Shown piece by piece: positions 30,063 to 39,538 of a DNA stretch of 64,000 nucleotides; position 1 is the stretch's first letter, and each line of letters opens with the position of its first letter. A model generated the notes under the pieces. It was given only the letters and a program-made list of their open reading frames with translations, was not told where the DNA came from and ran no database searches. A program made the position numbers and the translations under genes. Origin of the DNA: Candidatus Kerfeldbacteria bacterium (lineage in GTDB: Bacteria > Patescibacteriota > Patescibacteriia > UBA9570 > XYC2-FULL-38-9); NCBI GenBank assembly GCA_016182555.1, contig JACPGJ010000007.1, positions 53 through 64,052 of the forward strand, in the 5' to 3' direction.

Positions 30063-30337
30063 TGTCATCTATGGATGAAAAAGAAAAGGAACTTATTGAA
30101 TTGATGAAAGAATGGAAGGATGAGGTCAAGGGAATTGCTACTGATTATAATACAGCCATCGCAACACTGGATGAAAATAATAAAAAATGGTGGGTAGTGT
30201 ATAAACCATTCATTATTACTATAATCTCATTTTTCTTCCTTATTTTTGGATTTATTATCGTGAGTAAAACTACCCAATGGTGTGAATTAACCATGAGCTT
30301 TCCGAATGGTGTAGTGGCTTCAAGCAGGTGCGAATAA
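30062..30337 (+). CDS. Small hypothetical membrane protein (91 aa)
   Basis: TM helix IITIISFFFLIFGFIIV. TAATG coupling with the previous ORF. Confidence 0.4.
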   Translation: MSSMDEKEKELIELMKEWKDEVKGIATDYNTAIATLDENNKKWWVVYKPFIITIISFFFLIFGFIIVSKTTQWCELTMSFPNGVVASSRCE

Positions 30338-30383
30338 TTTTTTGCCTCAAATTTTGCCCTGCAGAAACGAGTGTATATAAAAC

Positions 30384-30941
30384 CTATTCCATCAGTGGAT
30401 CGCGATACTTGCGATCTTCTTTTGCTTTACGTGCTAACAATTCACGAATAAAATCCGCTTTATTCATCTTCTGCTTCTCGCTGCGCCAGGTTAAATAGCG
30501 GTCCACCCGCGGGGACAAACGCAATGTGTATTTTATTGATACCGCTTCATCATGCTCTTGCCGCAACGGGTCATGCATACCAATAAAATGATTCACCGCT
30601 TCCGCCAAGCTCGTTTCCATATACGAAAATGTTTTAACCGGTTTGGGTGTCGCTTTTTTCCGAATATATTTCAATAACAAACGCGGAGATTGATTCTTTG
30701 CATACAAACACAATGTCGGCTTATCGGCTAAAATAGCTTGAGCCAAAATAAAATGCATCAACGGATTCGGTTTCGTAATTTCAATAATGAGTAAATCTAC
30801 CTGGTCCAGGAAAAATGCAACGCCTTCGGGCAAGCGTTTTCGTTTGCGAATTTTTTCGGGCGTCAATACCGAAACACCAGCCTCACGACAGGCGCGAAGG
30901 ATAGCACCACCAGTTTTTTCATCATGAATGTAGACTCTCAT
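30384..30941 (-). CDS. Nucleoside 2-deoxyribosyltransferase-like domain fused to C-terminal ribbon-helix-helix-like segment
   Basis: FFLDQVDLLIIEITKPNPLMHFILAQAILADKPTLCLY resembles the PF05014 core. C-terminal RLSPRVDRYLTWRSEKQKMNKADFIRELL is RHH-like. Confidence 0.45.
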   Translation of the reverse strand: MRVYIHDEKTGGAILRACREAGVSVLTPEKIRKRKRLPEGVAFFLDQVDLLIIEITKPNPLMHFILAQAILADKPTLCLYAKNQSPRLLLKYIRKKATPKPVKTFSYMETSLAEAVNHFIGMHDPLRQEHDEAVSIKYTLRLSPRVDRYLTWRSEKQKMNKADFIRELLARKAKEDRKYRDPLME

Positions 30942-31930
30942 CGCCGTTTTTTTATTGATTTTGCTCGTTTCACTGGTTTAACTCGCCTCAAATGTTCTCC
31001 AATAAAATCCTGATCCATGGCGTTTTTTAACTTTGCCAGCACAGATCGCTGACCAGAAAGCCAGGTGAATTTTGCGGCAGCACAATCAGGCGTTAACCCG
31101 GTGATCTTCGTTACTCGGCCATTGGTATACAACAAAACAGCAGCAGAGGTTAATACCAATGTTGGCACCTTTTTCGGCAGCAAGCGCGCCGCAGACACAG
31201 GCAGAGAAATGTGGCGACTATCCAAAATAAGGCCACGCGTTTTCTTTTCAACTTGCAGATCTTTGATATCCCCAGCCGTTAACACTTGATATAAGACGCG
31301 TTCACCGTATGCGACGTAAATCTCTGGCTTAACCCGTTCAAGCGCGTGCTGATTTTCTAATAGCTGAATGCCAAAATCAATATACCCGCCACCCACGCTG
31401 CCATGAGCACTACTGGCTGGATAAATACCCGGATGATCTTTGTCTTCACTCACCAATGCATGGGTGACCGGAATAATGGAAGAACCAAACGCGATAAAAC
31501 TGCCGGCCGCCTGAGCCGTGACCATTTGTGTGGCATTCACAATACTCGCTTTCAAACCAATATCTGGATATTTCGCTCCTGCAGCAATGGTAGCCAGATC
31601 ATCGTGTGAAATGGTGCTAATGACGATCGGTTTGCTGAGACGGCCCAACATAAACGCGAGCAAGTTCGCGTTATAGAGCACGTGCGCATAATCCATGGTG
31701 ACAATAAACCCATCGTAGCGGTTCCATTCGCGCTGAATACGCCGAGCTATGCGTTGTAAAATTTGCGGTTGGTCGGGTGCGGTGTGGCCAGCAATAAACA
31801 TCGGCTCTGCGGTGGCGACCATTTCTAATTCAATAAACTCCTTGTTCCACCGGTTCAAGGCATTTTGGTTTTTTAATGGATGTTGTCGACCGCCGGCATA
31901 CAGCAAGGCAATCTGGTGCTTTTCAAGCAT
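30938..31930 (-). CDS. Divergent asparaginase/glutaminase-family-like protein
   Basis: IALLYAGG and IVTMDYAH occupy the positions of the TGGTIAG and HGTDTM motifs but are degenerate. Confidence 0.45.
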   Translation of the reverse strand: MLEKHQIALLYAGGRQHPLKNQNALNRWNKEFIELEMVATAEPMFIAGHTAPDQPQILQRIARRIQREWNRYDGFIVTMDYAHVLYNANLLAFMLGRLSKPIVISTISHDDLATIAAGAKYPDIGLKASIVNATQMVTAQAAGSFIAFGSSIIPVTHALVSEDKDHPGIYPASSAHGSVGGGYIDFGIQLLENQHALERVKPEIYVAYGERVLYQVLTAGDIKDLQVEKKTRGLILDSRHISLPVSAARLLPKKVPTLVLTSAAVLLYTNGRVTKITGLTPDCAAAKFTWLSGQRSVLAKLKNAMDQDFIGEHLRRVKPVKRAKSIKKRR

Positions 31931-31994
31931 GCAGTGATGATACTGTGTTTTTTGATGTAATGCAACATTTTTCTGGTTTTATACAGTTGACAAA

Positions 31995-32040
31995 TAGTAT
32001 ACTTTAGATTATACTGATTACGAGTATACTATTTATAACC
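31995..32040. promoter_or_regulatory. Array of TATACT boxes (~12-bp phasing) in the divergent promoter region
   Basis: TAGTATACTTTAGATTATACTGATTACGAGTATACTATTTA seen directly. Near-identical copy at 33471-33512. Confidence 0.5.
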
Positions 32041-32049
32041 GCTAAAAAT

Positions 32050-33444
32050 ATGAAATTCATTAATAGGCACAATGAGCTCTCCGCATTAGAAGATCGTTTT
32101 CGAAAAAATCAATCCGAATTCTTTATTGTGTATGGAAAACGACGTGTCGGAAAAACAGAACTGATTAAACAATTCATAAAAGATAAGCCATCAGCATACT
32201 TTTTAGCTGATAAACGAAGCATGAAACTGCAATTACAAGAAGTGGGACGAATTATTGGTGAGCAATTCAACGATGAAGTGCTGATGCGTGCCGGTTTTGA
32301 AGAATGGTTGGAGGTATTTCAATATTTGGGAAAACATGTGCGCCCAAACAAACCGTTTATTTTCGCGATTGATGAATATCCGTATCTGGTGGAAATAGAC
32401 AAATCGATCAGCTCCATATTTCAAAAAGGGTGGGATGAGTATCTGAAAAACAGTGGAGTGTGCTTTATTCTCTCTGGTTCGAGTATCGCCATGATGGAAT
32501 CTGAAACGCTCATCTACACTGCCCCGCTCTATGGACGAAGAACCGGTCAGCTGCTGTTGACTCCCCTATCGTTTACCCAAGCCCATGAATTTTTTCCTGC
32601 CACATCATTCCAAGAATTTTTATCGATATTTACCATTATGGGTGGCATGCCCGCCTATCTACTTCAATACCATGCGCATAAAAGCAGGCAAGAAAATATG
32701 AGGGATGCTATTTTTGAAAAAACAGCATTTTTACACAATGAAGTGGAGTTTACCTTGAAAGAAGAACTGCGTGAACCAAAACAATATATGGCGATTATTG
32801 AAGCGATTGCCAAGGGTTGTGCGCAATTTGGTCATATTTCGAACGCAACTGGTTTAGAAAAAAATACACTCACAAAATATCTGCATGTATTACAGAAGTT
32901 ACAATTGATCGCGCGTGAGGTTCCGGTGAGCGAAAAACACCCACAGAAGTCACGTAAAAGTATCTATACTATTTCTGATCAATTCTTTCGTTTTTGGTTT
33001 CGGTTTGTGTATCCATATAAAAGTGACATTGAAATTGGACGCTTGAATGAAGTAGAAAAAAAATTACATGAAGAATTTTCGCTATTAGAAAGTGTCACGC
33101 ATGAACAAATCTGTCGTGATGATTTGGTGAATCAGTATAGCAAACAGTTATTTCCCTTTGAACGCGTGGGGCGTTGGTGGAATAATGACGAAGAAATTGA
33201 TATTGTGGCGCTCAATACACCAACAGATTCCGTGCTCTTTGCCGAATGTAAGTGGTCAAATAAGGCCGTGGGGACAAATGTATATGACGATTTGAAACGG
33301 AAAGCTGCGCTGGTGGATTTTGGAAGCATGAATCGAAAAGAATATTACGCGTTATTTAGCAAAAGTGGTTTTACGAAAGCGATGATTGAAAAAGCCAAAA
33401 AGGAGAAAGTGCTGCTCATTGAAGAAGATCGCTTACTGAAATAA
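32050..33444 (+). CDS. AAA+ ATPase (archaeal-ATPase PF01637-like + DUF234)
   Basis: FINRHNELSALEDRF ... YGKRRVGKTEL Walker A. Length 464 aa. Confidence 0.8.
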   Translation: MKFINRHNELSALEDRFRKNQSEFFIVYGKRRVGKTELIKQFIKDKPSAYFLADKRSMKLQLQEVGRIIGEQFNDEVLMRAGFEEWLEVFQYLGKHVRPNKPFIFAIDEYPYLVEIDKSISSIFQKGWDEYLKNSGVCFILSGSSIAMMESETLIYTAPLYGRRTGQLLLTPLSFTQAHEFFPATSFQEFLSIFTIMGGMPAYLLQYHAHKSRQENMRDAIFEKTAFLHNEVEFTLKEELREPKQYMAIIEAIAKGCAQFGHISNATGLEKNTLTKYLHVLQKLQLIAREVPVSEKHPQKSRKSIYTISDQFFRFWFRFVYPYKSDIEIGRLNEVEKKLHEEFSLLESVTHEQICRDDLVNQYSKQLFPFERVGRWWNNDEEIDIVALNTPTDSVLFAECKWSNKAVGTNVYDDLKRKAALVDFGSMNRKEYYALFSKSGFTKAMIEKAKKEKVLLIEEDRLLK

Positions 33445-33470
33445 ATGATATGTGGCTATTTATCATTTTT

Positions 33471-33512
33471 TATACTATTTAGTATACTTTCGATTATACT
33501 GTTTACATACTG
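33471..33512. repeat. Second phased TATACT box array (TATACTATTTAGTATACTTTCGATTATACTGTTTACATACTG)
   Basis: 22 of 24 core positions match the array at 31995-32040. Confidence 0.5.
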
Positions 33513-33537
33513 ATGCTTGTTGCTGGTGGGTATTTTC

Positions 33538-33589
33538 TTGATATTCTAAATAACAACATAAGCACACATCTTGTTATTTAGAATATCAA
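33538..33589. repeat. Perfect 19-bp inverted repeat TTGATATTCTAAATAACAA / TTGTTATTTAGAATATCAA with a 14-nt spacer
   Basis: Seen directly. No U-tract follows. Operator- or MITE-end-like. Confidence 0.5.
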
Positions 33590-33970
33590 TTGCGTTAGAT
33601 TAATGATGAATGGCATTTGGTGCCTGCCCCGGTGTCGGCGACAAAACAGATGATTGACTATCAAGAACGCATTGCGGCAAAGCGCAAAAAAACCAGTGTG
33701 CCCTATTACGACGAATATGGCTCGCGCCTGGTTGCTATGCAGAAAAGTTTAAATAATACCATTTTGAATATTTGATAAGGAATTTATAGAAAAACAGACT
33801 TCTACTGATTTTTATTTTGGCTAATATTAGATAAATAATAACAGACTGTGCATAAAATTCATTGAAAAGTATGATGAAGTATGATAAATTAGATGAGCAA
33901 AAATTCGTTTTTTGAAAATTTTTTGGTTTTACCACCTAAGCCACCCAGCAAAGGTGGAAGGAGCAGACAA

Positions 33971-35713
33971 ATGAATTCGAATGAAATCGCCCAGATTCTG
34001 GGCAGCGGTAAAAGTGAGACCCAGCCCTTCGGTTTCCGGGTGCTCGTTGACCCGACCGAGGGTTTTGAGCGTTATGAAACCGTATGGGCGGAGAACGGAG
34101 GCCTGCGGGCCTTCTTGAGGAAGCTGGAAGAGATCGTTGCTCATTATGGTTGGGGCGCAGTCAAGCACCACAACCATAACAACGATTTCGCCAGTTACTT
34201 CACACACCTGGGAGTGCAATCCCAGGGTTCGGCCCTTCATCAGATACAGGCGCTCGTGCGGAATCTGGAAACACAGACGCAGGGTCCATCTCGGTGGGCC
34301 CGAACTGCAAATGTGTATCAGATCTTTCCGAGAGCGTTCAACCTCTCGGGCTGGAGGGAATTCCACGACAGACCACCCGGCACCGCAAAACCGTTTTTCG
34401 AAGAATGGGCTGCGGAGGACTTCGAAACCCTCAACGACCTCGGCTTCGATACGGTCTGGCTGATGGGGACTTTCCCTATCGGCAAGCGCGGCGCCAAGGG
34501 TGGCGAGACCGGAAATGCCGGCTCGCCCTATGCAACTACCGACCACCAGGCGCTGGAACTCAGCCTGGGGACCGAAGCGGACTTCAAACGCTTCGTTGAC
34601 ATGGCCCACGAGTGTGGAGTTCGGGTGATCCTCGACATCATCCCGAACCACACCTCGCTGGACTCGCGGCTCCTGCGCGAGCATCCAGAGTGGTTCCTTC
34701 ACCACACAAACCCGGTCGCCGGAGAGACCGCGCCCTTCGGTTCGTTCGAGCATATCGACGGAGAAGGCAAACTCTGGTGGATCCGACTCGCAGGATGCGA
34801 GTACTACGGCAAACTCACGCCGTGGTGGGATGTTGCTCAGTTGAACCTGGCACATCCTGCCGTGCGGGAGTACGTCGTAACTACGGCCTGCCGCTGGATT
34901 CGAGACTTCGGCATCGATGGGTACAGAATCGACATGGCCTATCAGCTCCTCAACAGCTACTACTCTCGCAACTGGAAGGTCCAGATGCCAGAGCGGGAAC
35001 TGCTTGAGCAGATGATCACGGCCGTGCGCGAACTGCGCCCCGATGCCGGCTTCTTCGGAGAAGCCTACGGCCGCGAAGAAGACCTTTTTCTTTGCGGATG
35101 TGACACGACACTGCAGAAATGCACGTGGTTGGACGGGCTTCGGTGGCACCAGGGCCGTGGATGCAACGTGGAGCGGATCCGAAAGGAAATTCGCAACGCG
35201 GCAACAATCCACGCCCAAACCGACGGCCCGGGTGGCTACATCTTCGTGGGAAACCACGATGAAATGCCACACACGGAGGCGTACGGTCCGTGGACACGAG
35301 GCTGCGCAGTCCTCACGATATGCCAGCCAAACGGACTGCTGATCTTCAACGGTCAGGAGATCGAATTCAGCCAGCAGTCGAAGGACGACTGGCCGAAACC
35401 GATTCCGTTCACGCGGCCGGTCAAGATCGACTGGGCAGGTGCTGACCCGGAAACCGCAAGGTTCTACCGGTGGGTGTTTCGTACTTCGAAGAGCATTAGA
35501 GAAGAGCTCGGAGATGTACAGATGCACCCGCTGGAAGATCTCAACGGCAACTGGGTGGGCTACGCGCTCACCGGCAAAGACACCACGACGCGGTACCTCG
35601 TCATCGCCAACCCAACGGACCGGGCAACGATGGCGCATGTGTACCACACCGATCTCGGGATCAATCACTCGACACCACTCATGCCATACGGCTACAAAGT
35701 GGTTCGGGTCTGA
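33971..35713 (+). CDS. GH13 alpha-amylase-family glycoside hydrolase, GC-rich gene
   Basis: GH13 regions DIIPNHTS, GYRIDMAYQ, GEAYG and FVGNHDE. ATG 33971 follows GGAAGGAG. ORF-track start 33893 lies in AT-rich flank. A 579-aa open antisense frame reflects high GC. Confidence 0.85.
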   Translation: MNSNEIAQILGSGKSETQPFGFRVLVDPTEGFERYETVWAENGGLRAFLRKLEEIVAHYGWGAVKHHNHNNDFASYFTHLGVQSQGSALHQIQALVRNLETQTQGPSRWARTANVYQIFPRAFNLSGWREFHDRPPGTAKPFFEEWAAEDFETLNDLGFDTVWLMGTFPIGKRGAKGGETGNAGSPYATTDHQALELSLGTEADFKRFVDMAHECGVRVILDIIPNHTSLDSRLLREHPEWFLHHTNPVAGETAPFGSFEHIDGEGKLWWIRLAGCEYYGKLTPWWDVAQLNLAHPAVREYVVTTACRWIRDFGIDGYRIDMAYQLLNSYYSRNWKVQMPERELLEQMITAVRELRPDAGFFGEAYGREEDLFLCGCDTTLQKCTWLDGLRWHQGRGCNVERIRKEIRNAATIHAQTDGPGGYIFVGNHDEMPHTEAYGPWTRGCAVLTICQPNGLLIFNGQEIEFSQQSKDDWPKPIPFTRPVKIDWAGADPETARFYRWVFRTSKSIREELGDVQMHPLEDLNGNWVGYALTGKDTTTRYLVIANPTDRATMAHVYHTDLGINHSTPLMPYGYKVVRV

Positions 35714-35786
35714 AACCGAGACAACGACTCCGGGTCACGCAAGGAAACCCGGAGGTCCCCGTTCGCCACACAAAGGCAACGGGAGA

Positions 35787-35826
35787 GGGCGGCACATGCA
35801 TCTGCAATGGCTGCCCTGTTTTTTTA
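35787..35826 (+). terminator. Imperfect GC hairpin (GGGCGGCA...TGGCTGCCC) followed by T7
   Basis: Seen directly after the GH13 stop. Confidence 0.45.
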
Positions 35827-35887
35827 CTTTTTTATTTACCTTTGCTAGAGTTGTTAAGTTCAAGAAAAAATTATTCACAAATTTTTT

Positions 35888-37120
35888 ATGGAAGACAAAC
35901 AATTACTCATTGAAGAAGGATACAAGCACAGCACCGCGCTGTTGCGAGAAAATGCTACGGAATACGGTATGCTGGCCGCTTCACCAAAAAGCGAAGAAGG
36001 AAAACGCAAAGAATACACTTCCCTCTTCAGCCGCGACATTGGTGTGTCTTGTTTAGGCATGTTTGCCTCTGGCGACGAAGAACTGATCAGCATTGGTGAG
36101 CGGTCTTTAGAAAACCTCGCCAAAGCGCAATCTAAACTTGGCCAATTTCCTTTCTTCTCTGAACCAGGAAAACAGCAAATTCAATGGTGGATGCCAGGTT
36201 CACTTGATAGCACAATTTGGTGGTGCATTGCGGTATTGAAAAATTTAGAACTCACTGGCAAGCGCGATTTCTACGAAAAATATAAAGAAAATCTAGAAAA
36301 AGCATTTACCTGGTTGCAATATCAAGATACGAATAATGATGGATTAGTGGAACAAGGTGAATGTTCGGATTGGGCAGATGAAATGCCTCGCATGGGCGCA
36401 GTGCTCTATTCGAATGCGCTGTGGTATTGGTTGGTGCGTTTGCGAGTGGAAGTAGAAGGGCGAACCGATTTAGAACCGATGCGGCAGCGTGTGTATGAAG
36501 CGGCCAACACCATGTTGTGGGTGCATAAACGAAATGATAGTGCGTTGAATTATGTGCCGGATAACAATTATGTACGTGATAACTTTTTTGCGGCGAATAT
36601 TATTGAATGGACAAATACGCGTGCAGTTTTTTTACCATACTACCTTGGTTTTGTTTCTCATAAATCGTTTGAAATGCGTTGCGATGTGTATGGAAATATT
36701 CTTGCATGCATTAGCGGGCTTGCAGACGCAGAAAAAGCAAAAGAGATTACGGATTTTGTTGTCCGCTCCGGAATTAACTTGCCCTATCCGGTGAAGGTAT
36801 TGTATCCACCTATTTACCCCGGTGAACAAGACTGGCGCGATTATATGTCTAAAGGTCGTCAGAATTATCCATGGCAATATCATAACGCCGGTATCTGGCC
36901 ATATGTTGGTGGGTTCTGGGTGTATTGGTTAGCAGAGCATAACCCCACACTCGCAAAAGAAGAACTGTATCGCCTGGCACTGGCAAATAAAGTGGGTGAT
37001 TGGGAATTTAATGAATACCTCCATGGTCAACACGGCACTGCCATGGGAATCTCATTTCAGTCTTGGAACATGGGTATGTATATTGCCGCGTATACTGCGG
37101 TGCAGAAAACAGCGGCATAA
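35888..37120 (+). CDS. Six-hairpin glycosidase (GDE_C / GH100 / GH63-like amylo-alpha-1,6-glucosidase family)
   Basis: YHNAGIWPYVGGFW resembles the YHNG.VWP signature. DWADEMPR also present. Confidence 0.65.
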   Translation: MEDKQLLIEEGYKHSTALLRENATEYGMLAASPKSEEGKRKEYTSLFSRDIGVSCLGMFASGDEELISIGERSLENLAKAQSKLGQFPFFSEPGKQQIQWWMPGSLDSTIWWCIAVLKNLELTGKRDFYEKYKENLEKAFTWLQYQDTNNDGLVEQGECSDWADEMPRMGAVLYSNALWYWLVRLRVEVEGRTDLEPMRQRVYEAANTMLWVHKRNDSALNYVPDNNYVRDNFFAANIIEWTNTRAVFLPYYLGFVSHKSFEMRCDVYGNILACISGLADAEKAKEITDFVVRSGINLPYPVKVLYPPIYPGEQDWRDYMSKGRQNYPWQYHNAGIWPYVGGFWVYWLAEHNPTLAKEELYRLALANKVGDWEFNEYLHGQHGTAMGISFQSWNMGMYIAAYTAVQKTAA

Positions 37121-37212
37121 AAAAGCCCATTCGGGTCATCTGCTTGACAGGTCAGGAAGTTAATCATATACTTACATAAGTAAGAATATCTTACAATTTA
37201 CCCCACCCATTT

Positions 37213-37485
37213 ATGATCAAAACCATGCAAGTGACTAGCCTTTCTTCTAAGGGTCAAGTCGTTATTCCCGCTACTGTTCGCCAAGCGTTAAATATTTCCA
37301 GTGGTTCAAAGCTACTTATTTTTAGTGATGGCGGAAATATTTTACTCAAACCGATCATGGCACCAAAAGCCAAAGAATTTGATACACTTATTCAAGAAAG
37401 CCGAAAAATAGCAAAAAAAACGAAACTGAACAAGAAGGATATAACAAAAACGATAAAAAACATTCGTCATGCGCGTAGTTCTTGA
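37213..37485 (+). CDS. vapB: AbrB/SpoVT-family antitoxin (VapB-like)
   Basis: SKGQVVIPATVRQALNISSGSKLLI swapped-hairpin motif. Confidence 0.7.
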   Translation: MIKTMQVTSLSSKGQVVIPATVRQALNISSGSKLLIFSDGGNILLKPIMAPKAKEFDTLIQESRKIAKKTKLNKKDITKTIKNIRHARSS

Positions 37486-37879
37486 CACGAATGTACTCAT
37501 TTCAGGAATCTTTTGGGCAGGAACACCTTTCCGTATTCTTGAATTATGGAATAACAAAAAAATCAATCTTATAGTCACTGAGGAAATACTACAAAAATAT
37601 GTTGCTGTTCTTCGGAGGCATGAGGACCATTCAGGAATAGCAGATGAATGGTTGATGTTATTTTCCCAAAGATTTCAGATAATAGAGAACCAACATCATT
37701 TGCGACTTTCACGCGACCCCTATGATGACATGTTTATTAATGGCGCGATAACTGGCCGGGCAAAATATATTATTAGTGGCGATAAAGATTTGTTGACGCT
37801 TCATTCTGTAAAAAATATTCGTATCGTTTCCCCTGCGCAATTTTTAAAAATATTCACGGAAGAGACAAGCAAAAAATAA
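37469..37879 (+). CDS. vapC: PIN-domain toxin (VapC-like)
   Basis: MRVVLDTNVLISGIF ... acidic residues. Overlaps vapB by 17 nt. Confidence 0.8.
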   Translation: MRVVLDTNVLISGIFWAGTPFRILELWNNKKINLIVTEEILQKYVAVLRRHEDHSGIADEWLMLFSQRFQIIENQHHLRLSRDPYDDMFINGAITGRAKYIISGDKDLLTLHSVKNIRIVSPAQFLKIFTEETSKK

Positions 37880-37899
37880 AACAGCTTACCCATCAAAAC

Positions 37900-38748
37900 T
37901 TATGCAGATAGTGAATCCAAACAACTAATCTTTTTTACTTTTGCAAAACTTTCCCAGGATAAAAAATGTGTTCCCTTCAAAATTTTCTTCTGTTCTTCGT
38001 GTGGCAAAAAATAATTTGAACCAATGTCATATCGCGGCACGGTGAGTGAAGGAAAACGGCGAACAAAACGTAATTCATTTTTTTCTGTGTACACAAAAAG
38101 ATATGAAGGCACGGGCTGTCGTTGATTGATAATGGAAAAACCAAAAATACACAGGCTATTGGATTCACGCTGAGACGAACCACCGCTTCCTCCACGACGA
38201 ACATATTTTTTATCCTTCTCTGTCCAGATAAACAGATTGTCGTACGGGTTCCTCCAATCCAGATGGTTGATTGGCGCTGGCAAACGATAATAGCGTTCTC
38301 GATCGATTCGATAACGCGGCTTCATGAGGTTCGTTTTCTTTCTATATTTTTGAAGAATCTGTTTTTTGTATCGCGGTTCTAGCTCGCATTGAATAATATA
38401 CTCATCAATTTCTTTTTTCTCTCCTTCTTTTTTGCGTAGAATCTGATACTTTTTCAACCACTGCAGGTACAAATTACTTCTGTTCCACTGGTCATACTCT
38501 TGAGTGAAAAACTGATAGAGTGCTTCATGATAGAGCGAAAGACGAGGAGTGCGTGTGTGCTGTACATATTCTTTTTTACTCCTTAATTCACTGCGCAAAT
38601 TATCAATAATAATAGTAACCGTGTATGGCTGCTGACTGCGAACACGTTTTGCTATATCCGTGTGCGAACGATCGTGACGCGACTCCCATTGTATTCCCTT
38701 CAATAAAACAGGATCATACAAAACATATTTGAGCGGAATATTTTTCAT
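37900..38748 (-). CDS. Hypothetical protein (282 aa), basic, between two TA modules
   Basis: ORF only, no recognisable motif. Confidence 0.4.
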   Translation of the reverse strand: MKNIPLKYVLYDPVLLKGIQWESRHDRSHTDIAKRVRSQQPYTVTIIIDNLRSELRSKKEYVQHTRTPRLSLYHEALYQFFTQEYDQWNRSNLYLQWLKKYQILRKKEGEKKEIDEYIIQCELEPRYKKQILQKYRKKTNLMKPRYRIDRERYYRLPAPINHLDWRNPYDNLFIWTEKDKKYVRRGGSGGSSQRESNSLCIFGFSIINQRQPVPSYLFVYTEKNELRFVRRFPSLTVPRYDIGSNYFLPHEEQKKILKGTHFLSWESFAKVKKISCLDSLSA

Positions 38749-38767
38749 AGCAGAGAATGAAAAACTG

Positions 38768-39205
38768 TTATTTTTTGGCGAATCGTTTATACGTATTCGC
38801 TAACTGTTTGTCGAGAGTAACTAAATCAAGTTTGGCATGTTCTGTAAGAAATAAGAGTGACCAATCAGTGAAAGATAATTTTGGTCGAAATTGATGTTTC
38901 TTCATATATACAGTAATTTTTTCAAGCAAACTTTCATCTACGGACAAAATAGATATCGTTGGTTGACGTTGAATATACTCCATGAAATCCTGTGCCAAGG
39001 TATGTTTATTTTTGTACAACAACACGGTCATCACTTCTTGAATAACCAATGAAGAGATAATAATTGGATAATATTGTTCAATCATAAATTCAAGAAATTC
39101 CTTTGCCAGTTCAGATTGTGTTTCACCCTTGTCAAAATACGCTATCCAAATATTCGCATCGGTCAAGTATGGTTTATCGTCCGATGCCATAGACAATTTT
39201 GTCAA
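38768..39205 (-). CDS. PIN-domain toxin
   Basis: LTDANIWIAYF ... FTDWSLLFLTEHAKLDLVTLDKQL. Confidence 0.7.
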   Translation of the reverse strand: MTKLSMASDDKPYLTDANIWIAYFDKGETQSELAKEFLEFMIEQYYPIIISSLVIQEVMTVLLYKNKHTLAQDFMEYIQRQPTISILSVDESLLEKITVYMKKHQFRPKLSFTDWSLLFLTEHAKLDLVTLDKQLANTYKRFAKK

Positions 39206-39437
39206 TTTGCTCGCTCAAATTTGTCGTTCGGCTTCGGAAACGTCGTTTTTCTAAATCTGCAAGGGTGATAGATTTTTTTAAACGCTTAGTGGGAGCATTC
39301 AACGGCATAAATATACCGATCGGCTTGCCATGCTTCACGACCGTATATGTCTTTTGCAATGGCTTTTGCGTGATATCGGCAAAATGACGAATAAATTCAC
39401 GAGTGGATATAATAGTTTCTTGTTGTTGTGTGTGCAT
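39174..39437 (-). CDS. Phd/YefM-like antitoxin
   Basis: TISTREFIRHFADI ... TYTVVKHGKPIGIF. Overlaps the PIN gene by 32 nt. Confidence 0.55.
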   Translation of the reverse strand: MHTQQQETIISTREFIRHFADITQKPLQKTYTVVKHGKPIGIFMPLNAPTKRLKKSITLADLEKRRFRSRTTNLSEQIDKIVYGIGR

Positions 39438-39538
39438 AGATAGAAAATAAATTATTGAGTCTACTAACGATAAAACTCTGTCATATTATTGTCAAATTTT
39501 TGTATGACAAAATAGTAACGAAACGATTGTCAACAAAA

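Noticed and set aside
33929-35668. 579-aa minus-strand ORF antisense to the GH13 gene, plus several 90-200-aa ORFs at 34137-36056
   Set aside because: They are antisense to a gene with clear GH13 motifs. Long open antisense frames are expected at ~60% GC. No recognisable protein features.
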